A stretch of 64,000 nt of DNA from an uncultured SAR86 cluster bacterium (GTDB taxonomy: Bacteria > Pseudomonadota > Gammaproteobacteria > Magnimaribacterales > D2472): positions 5,228-69,227 of the forward strand of contig CAXYEK010000004.1 of assembly GCA_964276235.1 (NCBI GenBank), given 5' to 3'. The stretch's first letter is position 1; the number at the start of each line of letters is the position of its first letter. This document shows, piece by piece, positions 18,185 through 27,530 of the stretch. A program made the position numbers and the translations under genes. Below the pieces are notes generated by a model. The model did not search any database. It was not told where the DNA came from and saw only the letters and a program-made list of their open reading frames with translations.

Positions 18185-18202
18185 TCTAGTCATATGACTA
18201 GA
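18185..18202. promoter_or_regulatory. Candidate operator, perfect palindrome tCTAGTCA-TA-TGACTAGa
   Basis: 18-bp perfect inverted repeat in the 65-nt divergent gap, 15 nt from the GST ATG and 36 nt from the FAH ATG. The arms are identical to the site at 11785-11800. Confidence 0.65.
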
Positions 18203-18236
18203 CTATGACAAGTTTAATTTTGAAAAAGGAATAGTT

Positions 18237-19148
18237 ATGGGTTTTGTTTTAGGTAATATAAAGGGTAGATCTTCTTTAATAAAGGATAATCATTTTTATG
18301 ATATTGAGACTATTTCTAATGGATCTGTAAGTTCAGACCCATCACAAATTCTTCTTTCACTTGATCAACTAAGTGACTTATATAACACAATTGATAGTTT
18401 TGAGCCTACAGGTTTAGTTAACGATGATGATCTAAAGGCACCTATCACAAATTCAGGAAATTGTTTTGCTGTTGGACTTAACTATAAAAAACATGCTGAA
18501 GAATCAAATATGGCCCTTCCTGAATTCCCTATGATTTTTGCTAAATATACTTCATGTATAGTTGGGCCCTTTCATGAAGTAGAGTTAAGAAGTGATATGG
18601 TTGATTATGAAGCTGAATTAGTTGCTGTAATTGGCAAACCTGGAAAGGATATTGCATTAGAGAATGCTTGGGATCATGTTGCAGGTTTAACTGCAGGTCA
18701 AGATATTTCAGATAGAGCAGTTCAATTTCATTCAACACCACCTCATTTCAATCTTGGTAAATCTTTTGATACTTTTGGACCTATAGGGCCAATTCTTGTT
18801 TCCCCAGATAAATTCAAAGATAAGAGTTCATTGAAATTAGAATGTTATGTTAATGATGAATTACGTCAAGATGAAAATACAAATGACCTAATATTTGATA
18901 TTCCTTACATCATTTCATATCTATCAGAATTTTTAACACTTAAAACTGGAGATTTAATTTTTACAGGAACTCCTGCAGGCGTTGGAGCTACTCAAGGTAA
19001 ATTATTAAAAGATGGGGATGTTATAAGAACGACCATTGAGGGAATTGGTACTATTGAAAATAAATGTAGAAGAATATCAGATCATTCTAATACCTCTCAT
19101 ATACCTGAGTTTCTAAAATCAAGACTACCTCAGGATTCTGAAGACTAA
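18237..19148 (+). CDS. Fumarylacetoacetate hydrolase (FAH) family protein
   Basis: AVGLNYKKHAEE, VDYEAELVAVIGK and LKTGDLIFTGTPAGVG are the FAH-fold motifs. 303 aa. Confidence 0.85.
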   Translation: MGFVLGNIKGRSSLIKDNHFYDIETISNGSVSSDPSQILLSLDQLSDLYNTIDSFEPTGLVNDDDLKAPITNSGNCFAVGLNYKKHAEESNMALPEFPMIFAKYTSCIVGPFHEVELRSDMVDYEAELVAVIGKPGKDIALENAWDHVAGLTAGQDISDRAVQFHSTPPHFNLGKSFDTFGPIGPILVSPDKFKDKSSLKLECYVNDELRQDENTNDLIFDIPYIISYLSEFLTLKTGDLIFTGTPAGVGATQGKLLKDGDVIRTTIEGIGTIENKCRRISDHSNTSHIPEFLKSRLPQDSED

Positions 19149-19203
19149 ATTTATAAATAATCTAATTGAAGATAAATATATTTATTAGTGTAAAATAGTT
19201 TTT

Positions 19204-19422
19204 ATGTCAAAAGAAGATAATCTAGAATTCGAGGGTGAAGTTATTGAAACCCTTCCCAATACAAAATTTAAAGTTAAATTAGAAAATGATCATGTAATTA
19301 CTGCTCATATATCTGGAAAAATGCGTAAGCATTACATTAGAATATTGACTGGTGATAAAGTTAAAGTAGAAATGACACCTTACGACCTATCAGTTGGGAG
19401 AATAACCTTCAGAGGTAGATAG
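19204..19422 (+). CDS. infA: Translation initiation factor IF-1
   Basis: 72 aa, near-canonical IF-1 sequence (..[37 protein letters not shown]). Confidence 0.97.
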   Translation: MSKEDNLEFEGEVIETLPNTKFKVKLENDHVITAHISGKMRKHYIRILTGDKVKVEMTPYDLSVGRITFRGR

Positions 19423-19426
19423 ACCT

Positions 19427-20983
19427 ATGGATGTTGAACTAAAAGGATCGCTTGCAGAAACTTTTAGATGGCGATGCAAGAACTCTGCAAACTCCACAGC
19501 AATTAAATTTCTTGATAGAGAGCAAACTTATGCTCAATTCGATACTAATTCAAATAAAGTAGCGCAGGGATTACTAAATTTTGGTATAAAAAAAGATTCG
19601 CGCATTGCATATTTAGCAAAGAATACTGATTACTTTTTTGAAATTTTAAATGGTGGCCTTAAATCAGGTTCTGTAACTGTTGGAGTTAACTGGAGACTCA
19701 CAGCTGAAGAAGTTGCATACGTATTAGAAGATTCTAAAAGTGAGCTTGTCTTTGTTAGCTCAGATTTTTTTGAAATCATAGACAGTATTAAAGATAAGGT
19801 TTCTTCATTAAAAAATATTATTGCTATAGATGGTGTTTACTCAAATTGGTTTAATTATGTTGAGTGGAGAGATTCTCAAAAAGATCTCGATCCATATATT
19901 GAATCTAATGAAAATGATGATGTAGTTCAGCTCTATACTTCTGGAACAACTGGAAATCCTAAAGGTGTTCAACTAACTAATAGAAATTTTTCGAGTGCAA
20001 CCGAGTCTACACTTCAAGTTGTCCCAATTACATATGAGAGTCCTTGTATGGTGTGTATGCCTGTTTATCATGTTGCAGGCACTAATTTTGGAATATGGGG
20101 ACTTCTTCAAGGCTGTAAAAATATAATAATCCCTGAGGTTGATCCAGGATTAATTCTTAATCTAGTAGAAAAGGAAAGAATTGAACTTACAATGTGGGTT
20201 CCTGCTGTAATTCTTTTTTTAATTCAACATCCTAATGCATCTAAGACAGATTTCAGTTCTTTAAAGTTGGTTCTCTATGGAGCCTCTCCTATTGCTGAAG
20301 ATACTCTTTTAAGTGCAATAGACCTAATGAATTGTGATTTCTATCAAGTCTATGGACTTACAGAAACAACTGGAGCAATTACACTTCTATCACCTGAAGA
20401 TCATTCGATAGAGAGAGGAAAATTAAGGTCTTGTGGCAAACCTATACCAGGTGTTGAAATAAAAATAGTTGACGAGAATAAAAATGAAGTACCTACAGGT
20501 GAAGTTGGTGAAATAATTACAAAATCTGATCTAAATATGAAGGGTTATTGGAACAATGATAAAGCAACCTCTGAAGCATTTAATAATTCATGGTTTTACT
20601 CAGGTGACTTGGGCTACTTAGATAAGGATGGATTTTTATTTATACACGATAGACTTAAAGACATGATAGTGTCAGGTGGGGAAAACATATACCCTGCCGA
20701 AGTTGAAAATGCACTTATGAGCAACTCCTTGATTTTGGATGCAGCAGTGGTAGGTATTCCAGATGAGAAATGGGGAGAGTCAACAAAAGCATTTGTTGTC
20801 TTAAAAAAAGAAGGTGAAATTAATGAGGAAGAGATAATAAATTATACTAAAACTAAAATTGCCTCATACAAATGTCCAAAATCTATCAATTTTATAAGTG
20901 AATTACCAAGAAATCCTTCTGGAAAGGTTCTTAGAAGAGAGTTAAGAGCTCCGTTTTGGGAAGGAAAAGATCGAGAAGTTTAA
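19427..20983 (+). CDS. AMP-dependent acyl-CoA synthetase/ligase
   Basis: AMP-binding motif LYTSGTTGNPKGV, plus GDLGYLDKDGFLFIHDRLKDMI and PRNPSGKVLRREL. 518 aa. Confidence 0.88.
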   Translation: MDVELKGSLAETFRWRCKNSANSTAIKFLDREQTYAQFDTNSNKVAQGLLNFGIKKDSRIAYLAKNTDYFFEILNGGLKSGSVTVGVNWRLTAEEVAYVLEDSKSELVFVSSDFFEIIDSIKDKVSSLKNIIAIDGVYSNWFNYVEWRDSQKDLDPYIESNENDDVVQLYTSGTTGNPKGVQLTNRNFSSATESTLQVVPITYESPCMVCMPVYHVAGTNFGIWGLLQGCKNIIIPEVDPGLILNLVEKERIELTMWVPAVILFLIQHPNASKTDFSSLKLVLYGASPIAEDTLLSAIDLMNCDFYQVYGLTETTGAITLLSPEDHSIERGKLRSCGKPIPGVEIKIVDENKNEVPTGEVGEIITKSDLNMKGYWNNDKATSEAFNNSWFYSGDLGYLDKDGFLFIHDRLKDMIVSGGENIYPAEVENALMSNSLILDAAVVGIPDEKWGESTKAFVVLKKEGEINEEEIINYTKTKIASYKCPKSINFISELPRNPSGKVLRRELRAPFWEGKDREV

Positions 20984-23223
20984 ACTTTTACCTTCTTTTT
21001 AATCTCGCTAAACTTTAAATTACCAGCCTTTATGTCTAACTTGATTTGACCACCAGCTTTTAGGTTTCCAAAAAGTAGTTTATCAACCAAAGGTTTTTTA
21101 ATATTTTTTGAAATGAATCTTTCCATAGGTCTTGCTCCCATATCCTTATCGTAACCATTATCTGCAATCCAGCTTATAACATCTTTAGAAACAACGATTT
21201 CAACATTTCTTTTATCTAGCTGCGCTTGAAGTTTAGTTAAGAATTTATCTACGATTGAGAGAATGATAGTTTTATCAAGATAATTAAATTGAATAGTTTC
21301 GTCTAGTCTATTTCTAAACTCTGGTGAGAATAGTTTGTTTAATGATCCCATTGCATCTGATTCGTTAGATGATTTATTAAAACCAATATTACGTTTACCA
21401 AGAAGTTCTGCTCCAATATTAGTAGTCATTATTAGAATTACATTTCTAAAATCAGCCTTTCTGCCATTATTATCTGTCAACACTCCGGCATCCATGACTT
21501 GTAAAAGGATATTAAAAATATCGGGATGTGCTTTTTCTATTTCATCAAGAAGTAAAACACAATGAGGGGACTTCACAATTGCCTCAGTTAAAAGCCCGCC
21601 CTGATCAAAACCAACATAGCCCGGAGGCGCACCAATTAATCTTGAAACAGTATGACGCTCCATATACTCACTCATGTCAAACCTTAATAGATCAACTCCC
21701 ATAATATCTGCAAGCTGAGTTGATATTTCAGTCTTACCTACACCAGTTGGACCAGTAAATAGAAATGAGCCAATAGTTTTATTATCATCTCTTAAGCCAA
21801 CTCTTGATAGCTTAATAGCGCTCGAAAGAGTCTCTACAGCTGCATCTTGACCAAAAATAACTCTCTTTAAGTCATCTTCAATATTTTTAAGATTTTTCTT
21901 ATCAGCAACGGTGATACTTTGTTCTGGAATTTTTGTAATCTTTGAAATTGTTTTTTCTATATCTGACTGATTTACAGTTATTTTTTTATCATTTTTCCTT
22001 GCAATATTTAGCATAGCGCCAGTTTCATCAATTACATCTATAGCCTTATCAGGAAGAAATCTATCATTGATATATTTAGAGGATAGTTCTATTGAGGTTT
22101 TTATAGATTCATTAGAATAATTAACATTATGATATTCCTCATATATGCCTTTAAGCCCATCTAATATCTCAACACATTCATCATAATTAGGTTCTAGTAC
22201 ATCAATTTTTTGGAATCTTCTTGAAAGTGCTTGGTTCTGATCAAAAATACCTCTGTATTCTTGAAAGGTTGTTGAGCCAATACATCTAATTTGTCCCTTA
22301 GCTAATGCAGGTTTTAAAAGATTAGAGACATCAAGAGAACCACCAGAAGCAGATCCTGCTCCAATTATTGTATGTATTTCATCTATAAATAATATTGGCT
22401 TATCTTTAGTATCAAGAAAATTTAAAACTTCTTTCAATCTTTTTTCAAAATCTCCTCTATATTTGGTGCCAGCTACTAATGCTGCAATATCCAGGGAGTA
22501 TATTGTTGATTTTGATATTATTTGAGGTACTTTTTTATTACAGATCAAATAAGCTAAACCTTCTGCAATTGCCGTTTTACCAACTCCAGACTCTCCAACA
22601 AGCAAAGGATTGTTTTTAGTTCTTCTTGAAAGAATTTGGACAAGTCTTTCAACCTCTTTAGTTCTTCCTATTAAATTATCAATTTTATCTTCTTCTACAA
22701 GATTATTAAGATTGATTAAAAAACTATTCTCTTGCTTGTCATGTTCCGAAGGCTCATTGGAAGAATCTATATTTTCTTTAGGATCAGAAATTTCTTTTTC
22801 AGGACTTCCGTGAGAAATATATGTGACTACATCCAGTCTATTAATATTATTCTTATTTAATAAATATACTGAATGCGATTCCTTTTCTGAAAATATTGCA
22901 ACAAGAATATTTATTGGCTTAACAACGCCCTTTCCAGATGACTGAATATGAAAAACTGCTCTTTGTAAAACTCTTTGAAAACCAAGAGTGGGCTGAACTG
23001 CTTTCTGAGCATCTGTTCTAACTATACTTGCTTGTTTGAGATGATCATTCAAGCTATCTTTCATTGACTCTAAATTGATATCTTTAGACTCTATAAAGTC
23101 TTTAACGTCATAATCATTTAGAATCATTAAAAAAAGATGCTCAACAGTCAAATATTGAATATTGATCTCATGAGCTTTATCAAAAAGGCTCGCTATAGAT
23201 ATTTCTAATTCTTTACTAAACAT
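20980..23223 (-). CDS. clpA: ATP-dependent Clp protease ATP-binding subunit ClpA
   Basis: 747 aa with two AAA+ modules (GESGVGKT, GPTGVGKT) and a Clp N-domain. clpS lies immediately upstream. Confidence 0.95.
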   Translation of the reverse strand: MFSKELEISIASLFDKAHEINIQYLTVEHLFLMILNDYDVKDFIESKDINLESMKDSLNDHLKQASIVRTDAQKAVQPTLGFQRVLQRAVFHIQSSGKGVVKPINILVAIFSEKESHSVYLLNKNNINRLDVVTYISHGSPEKEISDPKENIDSSNEPSEHDKQENSFLINLNNLVEEDKIDNLIGRTKEVERLVQILSRRTKNNPLLVGESGVGKTAIAEGLAYLICNKKVPQIISKSTIYSLDIAALVAGTKYRGDFEKRLKEVLNFLDTKDKPILFIDEIHTIIGAGSASGGSLDVSNLLKPALAKGQIRCIGSTTFQEYRGIFDQNQALSRRFQKIDVLEPNYDECVEILDGLKGIYEEYHNVNYSNESIKTSIELSSKYINDRFLPDKAIDVIDETGAMLNIARKNDKKITVNQSDIEKTISKITKIPEQSITVADKKNLKNIEDDLKRVIFGQDAAVETLSSAIKLSRVGLRDDNKTIGSFLFTGPTGVGKTEISTQLADIMGVDLLRFDMSEYMERHTVSRLIGAPPGYVGFDQGGLLTEAIVKSPHCVLLLDEIEKAHPDIFNILLQVMDAGVLTDNNGRKADFRNVILIMTTNIGAELLGKRNIGFNKSSNESDAMGSLNKLFSPEFRNRLDETIQFNYLDKTIILSIVDKFLTKLQAQLDKRNVEIVVSKDVISWIADNGYDKDMGARPMERFISKNIKKPLVDKLLFGNLKAGGQIKLDIKAGNLKFSEIKKKVKV

Positions 23224-23224
23224 A

Positions 23225-23566
23225 TTAATCCGTTAATGGTTCGATCTCACTCAATAGAGGATGATCATGATGTTTTGCCATATTATTTACTTCATATGAC
23301 ATCATTTCTGCTATCTCTTTAGAAAATATACCACATACTCCCTTCCCTTTTGTATGAACAGCCATCATTATTTGAGTTGATTGCTCATGAGTGTGACTAA
23401 AAACTGTTTGTAATACATAAACAACAAACTCCATAGGGGTATAGTCATCATTAATTAAAACGACTTGGTATAAAGCTGGCTCTTTTACTTCTGGATCTTT
23501 TTCGAGAACTGCTGATCCAAAGCTATCAGATGAATCTATTCTTTCATTTGAAAGTCTTATCATCAC
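23225..23566 (-). CDS. clpS: ClpS adaptor protein
   Basis: 113 aa. [20 protein letters not shown] is the core ClpS motif. Position upstream of clpA. Confidence 0.93.
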   Translation of the reverse strand: MMIRLSNERIDSSDSFGSAVLEKDPEVKEPALYQVVLINDDYTPMEFVVYVLQTVFSHTHEQSTQIMMAVHTKGKGVCGIFSKEIAEMMSYEVNNMAKHHDHPLLSEIEPLTD

Positions 23567-24816
23567 ATTCTTTTAATCATCTCATCACCAAATCCAGAAC
23601 AGGATACAAGATCAGCACCATCCATCATTCTTTCAAAGTCATAGGTAACTTTTTTAGCCATAATTGTATTTTCCATAGAGCTGATAATTAGATCAGCCGC
23701 CTCAGTCCAACCCATGTGTCTTAGCATCATTTCTGCTGAAAGCATTAAACTACCAGGATTAACCTTATCTTGTCCTGCATATTTTGGAGCAGTTCCATGC
23801 GTCGCTTCAAATACTGCTAAGTTATCTGATAGATTTGCTCCAGGAGCTATTCCAATTCCACCAACACATGCAGCTAAGGCGTCAGATATATAATCACCGT
23901 TTAAATTCATAGTTGCTATAACGTCATAATCTTTTGGTCTAAGTAATATTTGTTGAAGAAAAGCATCGCAAATTACATCATTAATAATAATGTTTTTGCC
24001 TGTATTGGGATTTTTTATAATTTGCCATGGGCCACCATCTAAATCTTCACCACCGTAATGGCTTGTTGCTAATTCATATCCCCAATCTCTAAAAGCTCCC
24101 TCTGTATATTTCATAATATTACCCTTATGAACAAGGGTTACAGAAGATCTATTATTTTCAATAGCATAATCAATGGCTTTTTTAACAAGTCTACCTGTAC
24201 CCTCTTTAGATATCGGCTTTACACCAAGACCTACGCTGTCAGGAAATCTTATTTTATCAGTACCAAAATCATCTTTTAAAATCTTAACAAGTTTTTTAGA
24301 TTCTTCTGAGCCTGCTTGAAATTCAATACCACAATAAATATCTTCAGAATTTTCTCTGAAAATAATCATATCTGTATCTTGTGGTCTTTTTACAGGAGAT
24401 GGAACACCTTCAAAATATCTGATTGGTCTCAAACAAACATATAGATCTAAAATTTGTCTTAATGAAACATTAAGAGATCTTATGCCTCCACCAATAGGAG
24501 TTGTTAAAGGACCTTTAATACTAACCACATATTCCTTAAGTGCCTCTATAGTTTCATCTGGAAGCCAAGTATCTTTATCATAGACAGTTGTAGCTTTTTC
24601 TCCACAATAAACCTCCATCCATTCTATTTTTTTCTTACCATCGTAGGCAATCTTCACAGCATTATCGACCACCTTTATCATTGGAGGGGTAATATCAACC
24701 CCTATGCCGTCTCCTTCAATAAAAGGAATTATAGGATTATCTGGTACATTTAATACACCATCTATGTAGCTAATTTTACTTCCGTTACTTGGTTCTGTAA
24801 TTTTATCGAATATCAT
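23563..24816 (-). CDS. icd: NADP-dependent isocitrate dehydrogenase
   Basis: 417 aa with the prokaryotic ICDH motifs [25 protein letters not shown] and HGTAPKYAG. Confidence 0.95.
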   Translation of the reverse strand: MIFDKITEPSNGSKISYIDGVLNVPDNPIIPFIEGDGIGVDITPPMIKVVDNAVKIAYDGKKKIEWMEVYCGEKATTVYDKDTWLPDETIEALKEYVVSIKGPLTTPIGGGIRSLNVSLRQILDLYVCLRPIRYFEGVPSPVKRPQDTDMIIFRENSEDIYCGIEFQAGSEESKKLVKILKDDFGTDKIRFPDSVGLGVKPISKEGTGRLVKKAIDYAIENNRSSVTLVHKGNIMKYTEGAFRDWGYELATSHYGGEDLDGGPWQIIKNPNTGKNIIINDVICDAFLQQILLRPKDYDVIATMNLNGDYISDALAACVGGIGIAPGANLSDNLAVFEATHGTAPKYAGQDKVNPGSLMLSAEMMLRHMGWTEAADLIISSMENTIMAKKVTYDFERMMDGADLVSCSGFGDEMIKRM

Positions 24817-24911
24817 TTAATTTATTGCCCTCAACATTAGGATTTTACGTCTCAAATCGGTCATAATTATACTCTTTATTAAATCATTATAGTATTCAAA
24901 TAAGACAACAA

Positions 24912-25991
24912 ATGGACATGAAAACAGTTGTAGTTGGACTATCAGGAGGAGTTGACTCTTCAGTATCTGCTTATCTATTAAAAAAACAGGGTTTTAATGT
25001 CAAGGCATTGTTTATGCAAAATTGGCAATCTGAGCCAGGAGAAGTGTGTACGTCTGAAATAGACTTCAAGGATGCATCAGAAGTTTGCGATAAGTTAGAT
25101 ATTCCTCTTCATAGAGCTAATTTTTCAGATGAATACTGGGATAGAGTTTTTAAGAATTTTTTAAGTGAGCATAAAAAAGGAAGAACTCCTAATCCAGATA
25201 TTTTATGTAATAGAGAAATTAAGTTCAAATCCTTTTTAGATTATGCTTTTAATATTGGAGCTGATTTTATAGCAACCGGTCATTACGCAAGAATTGTAGA
25301 ACGAAATAATTTTAAATATTTAGCAAGAGCTAAAGATATCGATAAAGATCAAACATATTTTCTTCACGAGGTAAGTGAGGAGGAATTCTCTAAATGTATA
25401 TTTCCATTATCAGATTTAACAAAAACTGAAGTCAGGAAAATTGCTGAAGAGCAAAATTTAATTACAGCAAATAAAAAAGACTCAGTTGGCATATGTTTTG
25501 TTGGAGAAAGAAATCTTAAAGACTTTTTAAATAGGTTTATTGCTTTTAAAAAAGGTGATATTAAAGATGAAACGGGAAACATCATAGGTGAGCATCAAGG
25601 TTCAATACTATATACAGAAGGACAAAGACAGGGCTTGATGATAGGAGGTGTAAAAGGTAAAGATGAACTGCCCTGGTACGTTTATAAGAAAGATATTCCA
25701 AATAACCAGATATTTGTATGTCAAGGTGGAAATAATCCTTTACTGATGAATAATGGTCTTTATCTTGATGATATTAATTGGATTAATAATATTAATTATG
25801 ATTATCCTTTGGAATGTAAAGTTCAGGTTAGACATCAACACACACCAGTGAACTCAGTTCTTATAAAAGATGTTAATGGAATTAAAGTTTCTTTTGATGA
25901 ACAAATTAGAGCTATAGCCCCTGGACAATCAGCAGTTTTTTATAATGATAATCTTTGTCTTGGTGGCGGGATAATTGCAAAAACTTTTTAG
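24912..25991 (+). CDS. mnmA: tRNA 2-thiouridine(34) synthase MnmA
   Basis: PP-loop GLSGGVDSSV, NPDILCN, ATGHYAR and DQTYFL. 359 aa. Confidence 0.95.
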   Translation: MDMKTVVVGLSGGVDSSVSAYLLKKQGFNVKALFMQNWQSEPGEVCTSEIDFKDASEVCDKLDIPLHRANFSDEYWDRVFKNFLSEHKKGRTPNPDILCNREIKFKSFLDYAFNIGADFIATGHYARIVERNNFKYLARAKDIDKDQTYFLHEVSEEEFSKCIFPLSDLTKTEVRKIAEEQNLITANKKDSVGICFVGERNLKDFLNRFIAFKKGDIKDETGNIIGEHQGSILYTEGQRQGLMIGGVKGKDELPWYVYKKDIPNNQIFVCQGGNNPLLMNNGLYLDDINWINNINYDYPLECKVQVRHQHTPVNSVLIKDVNGIKVSFDEQIRAIAPGQSAVFYNDNLCLGGGIIAKTF

Positions 25992-26033
25992 ATCTTCATT
26001 ATTAAAATCAAATAATTGATGATAAAATAATTT

Positions 26034-27386
26034 ATGAAATTTGATCATAACAACATTTCACCCTTAGACAGCAGATATGCTAACAAAATTCCTGAGTTCA
26101 GAAAGAATTTTAGCGAATATTCACTTATAAAAATTAGATTTGATATTGAAATAGATTGGCTAATTTTTTTATGTACTAAGCTTCCTAAGTTATTTAAACC
26201 AATCAGTAAGCAATCTATTAAAAAATTAGAATTATTTAAAAATGATTTTAATGATAAATATGTTTTAAAAATAAAGAAAATTGAAGCTACAACAAACCAT
26301 GATGTTAAGGCTGTTGAGTATTTTATTAGAGATCACTTTAATAAAGACAAAATACTTTCGGGCTACACGCATCTAATTCATTTTGGATTAACAAGTGAAG
26401 ATATAAATTCATTAAGTTATGCCTATCTTGTAAAAAATGGAATTAAGTTATTTGCTAATGAAGTGAGTATTATTAATAAGACATTAAAATCATATTCATC
26501 TAAATGGTCTAAAATATCCTTTTTAGCAAGAACGCATGGTCAACCTGCATCACCTTCTACTATAGGCAAAGAGTTAAAAGTATTTTCTAGCAGAATAGAT
26601 AGAGAAATTAAAACGCTAAAAACAATAAAACCTTTAGCAAAATTTAGTGGAGCAACAGGAAATTTTCATACTTTTGATATTGTTGATAACAAAGTTAATT
26701 GGCCTACTATTAATAAAAAATTTATACATCAATTTGGGATTGAGCAAAACTTATATACAACTCAAATAGAACCTCATGATTGGATTGCTGAAGTCTCTCA
26801 TTCGATAGTAAGAATAAATAACATTCTTACTGATCTATGTCAGGATTCATGGATATATATCTCCAATGATATATTTGCTTTAAAGTTACAAAAGAATGAG
26901 GTTGGTTCTTCAACAATGCCCCATAAAGTAAACCCTATAGATTTTGAAAATGCTGAGGGTAATTTTGGAATTTCCTCAGCACTTTGCGAATTCTATGCAA
27001 ATAAACTTACAAAATCACGACATCAAAGAGACCTTTCTGATTCAACTGTATTAAGAAATCTTGGTCTTGGGTTTGCATATTCTGCTTTAGCAATAATTTC
27101 TGCCAATAAAGGTTTATCTAAAATTACCCCAAATAAAATTAAAATATCACAAGAACTAGAGAGCAACTGGGAAGTGCTAACTGAGGCAGTTCAAACTTTA
27201 ATGAGATACGAAGGTATTCCAGATGCTTATGAGCAATTAAAAGAACTCTCCAGAGGTTCTAAATTAACAAGAAACAGTTATCAGTTATTTATAAAATCAC
27301 TGTCAATAACTGACGTATCGAAGAAAAAGCTTTTAGAACTAACACCAGCTAAATATATTGGGATATCAACTAAGCTTAGTAAATAA
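26034..27386 (+). CDS. purB: Adenylosuccinate lyase
   Basis: 450 aa. SPLDSRY, HFGLTSEDIN and GSSTMPHKVNP are the fumarate-lyase signature. Confidence 0.95.
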   Translation: MKFDHNNISPLDSRYANKIPEFRKNFSEYSLIKIRFDIEIDWLIFLCTKLPKLFKPISKQSIKKLELFKNDFNDKYVLKIKKIEATTNHDVKAVEYFIRDHFNKDKILSGYTHLIHFGLTSEDINSLSYAYLVKNGIKLFANEVSIINKTLKSYSSKWSKISFLARTHGQPASPSTIGKELKVFSSRIDREIKTLKTIKPLAKFSGATGNFHTFDIVDNKVNWPTINKKFIHQFGIEQNLYTTQIEPHDWIAEVSHSIVRINNILTDLCQDSWIYISNDIFALKLQKNEVGSSTMPHKVNPIDFENAEGNFGISSALCEFYANKLTKSRHQRDLSDSTVLRNLGLGFAYSALAIISANKGLSKITPNKIKISQELESNWEVLTEAVQTLMRYEGIPDAYEQLKELSRGSKLTRNSYQLFIKSLSITDVSKKKLLELTPAKYIGISTKLSK

Positions 27387-27530
27387 GGCATAAAATCCTC
27401 TTTTTGGTAGTAAAACTACATAAAAATATGCTGTAAAAGCGATGTTTTTACTCTATTTATCTTCTATATTGACATTGATAACTTTGTATTATCTACTGCA
27501 CTACATATTTAATTACTATTTCACTAAAAC

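Noticed and set aside
27469-27497. Possible sigma70 promoter for aceA (TTGACA, 17-nt spacer, TCTACT)
   Set aside because: The -35 is perfect but the -10 is weak, and several alternative AT-rich hexamers are nearby. I cannot discriminate between them by eye in AT-rich DNA.
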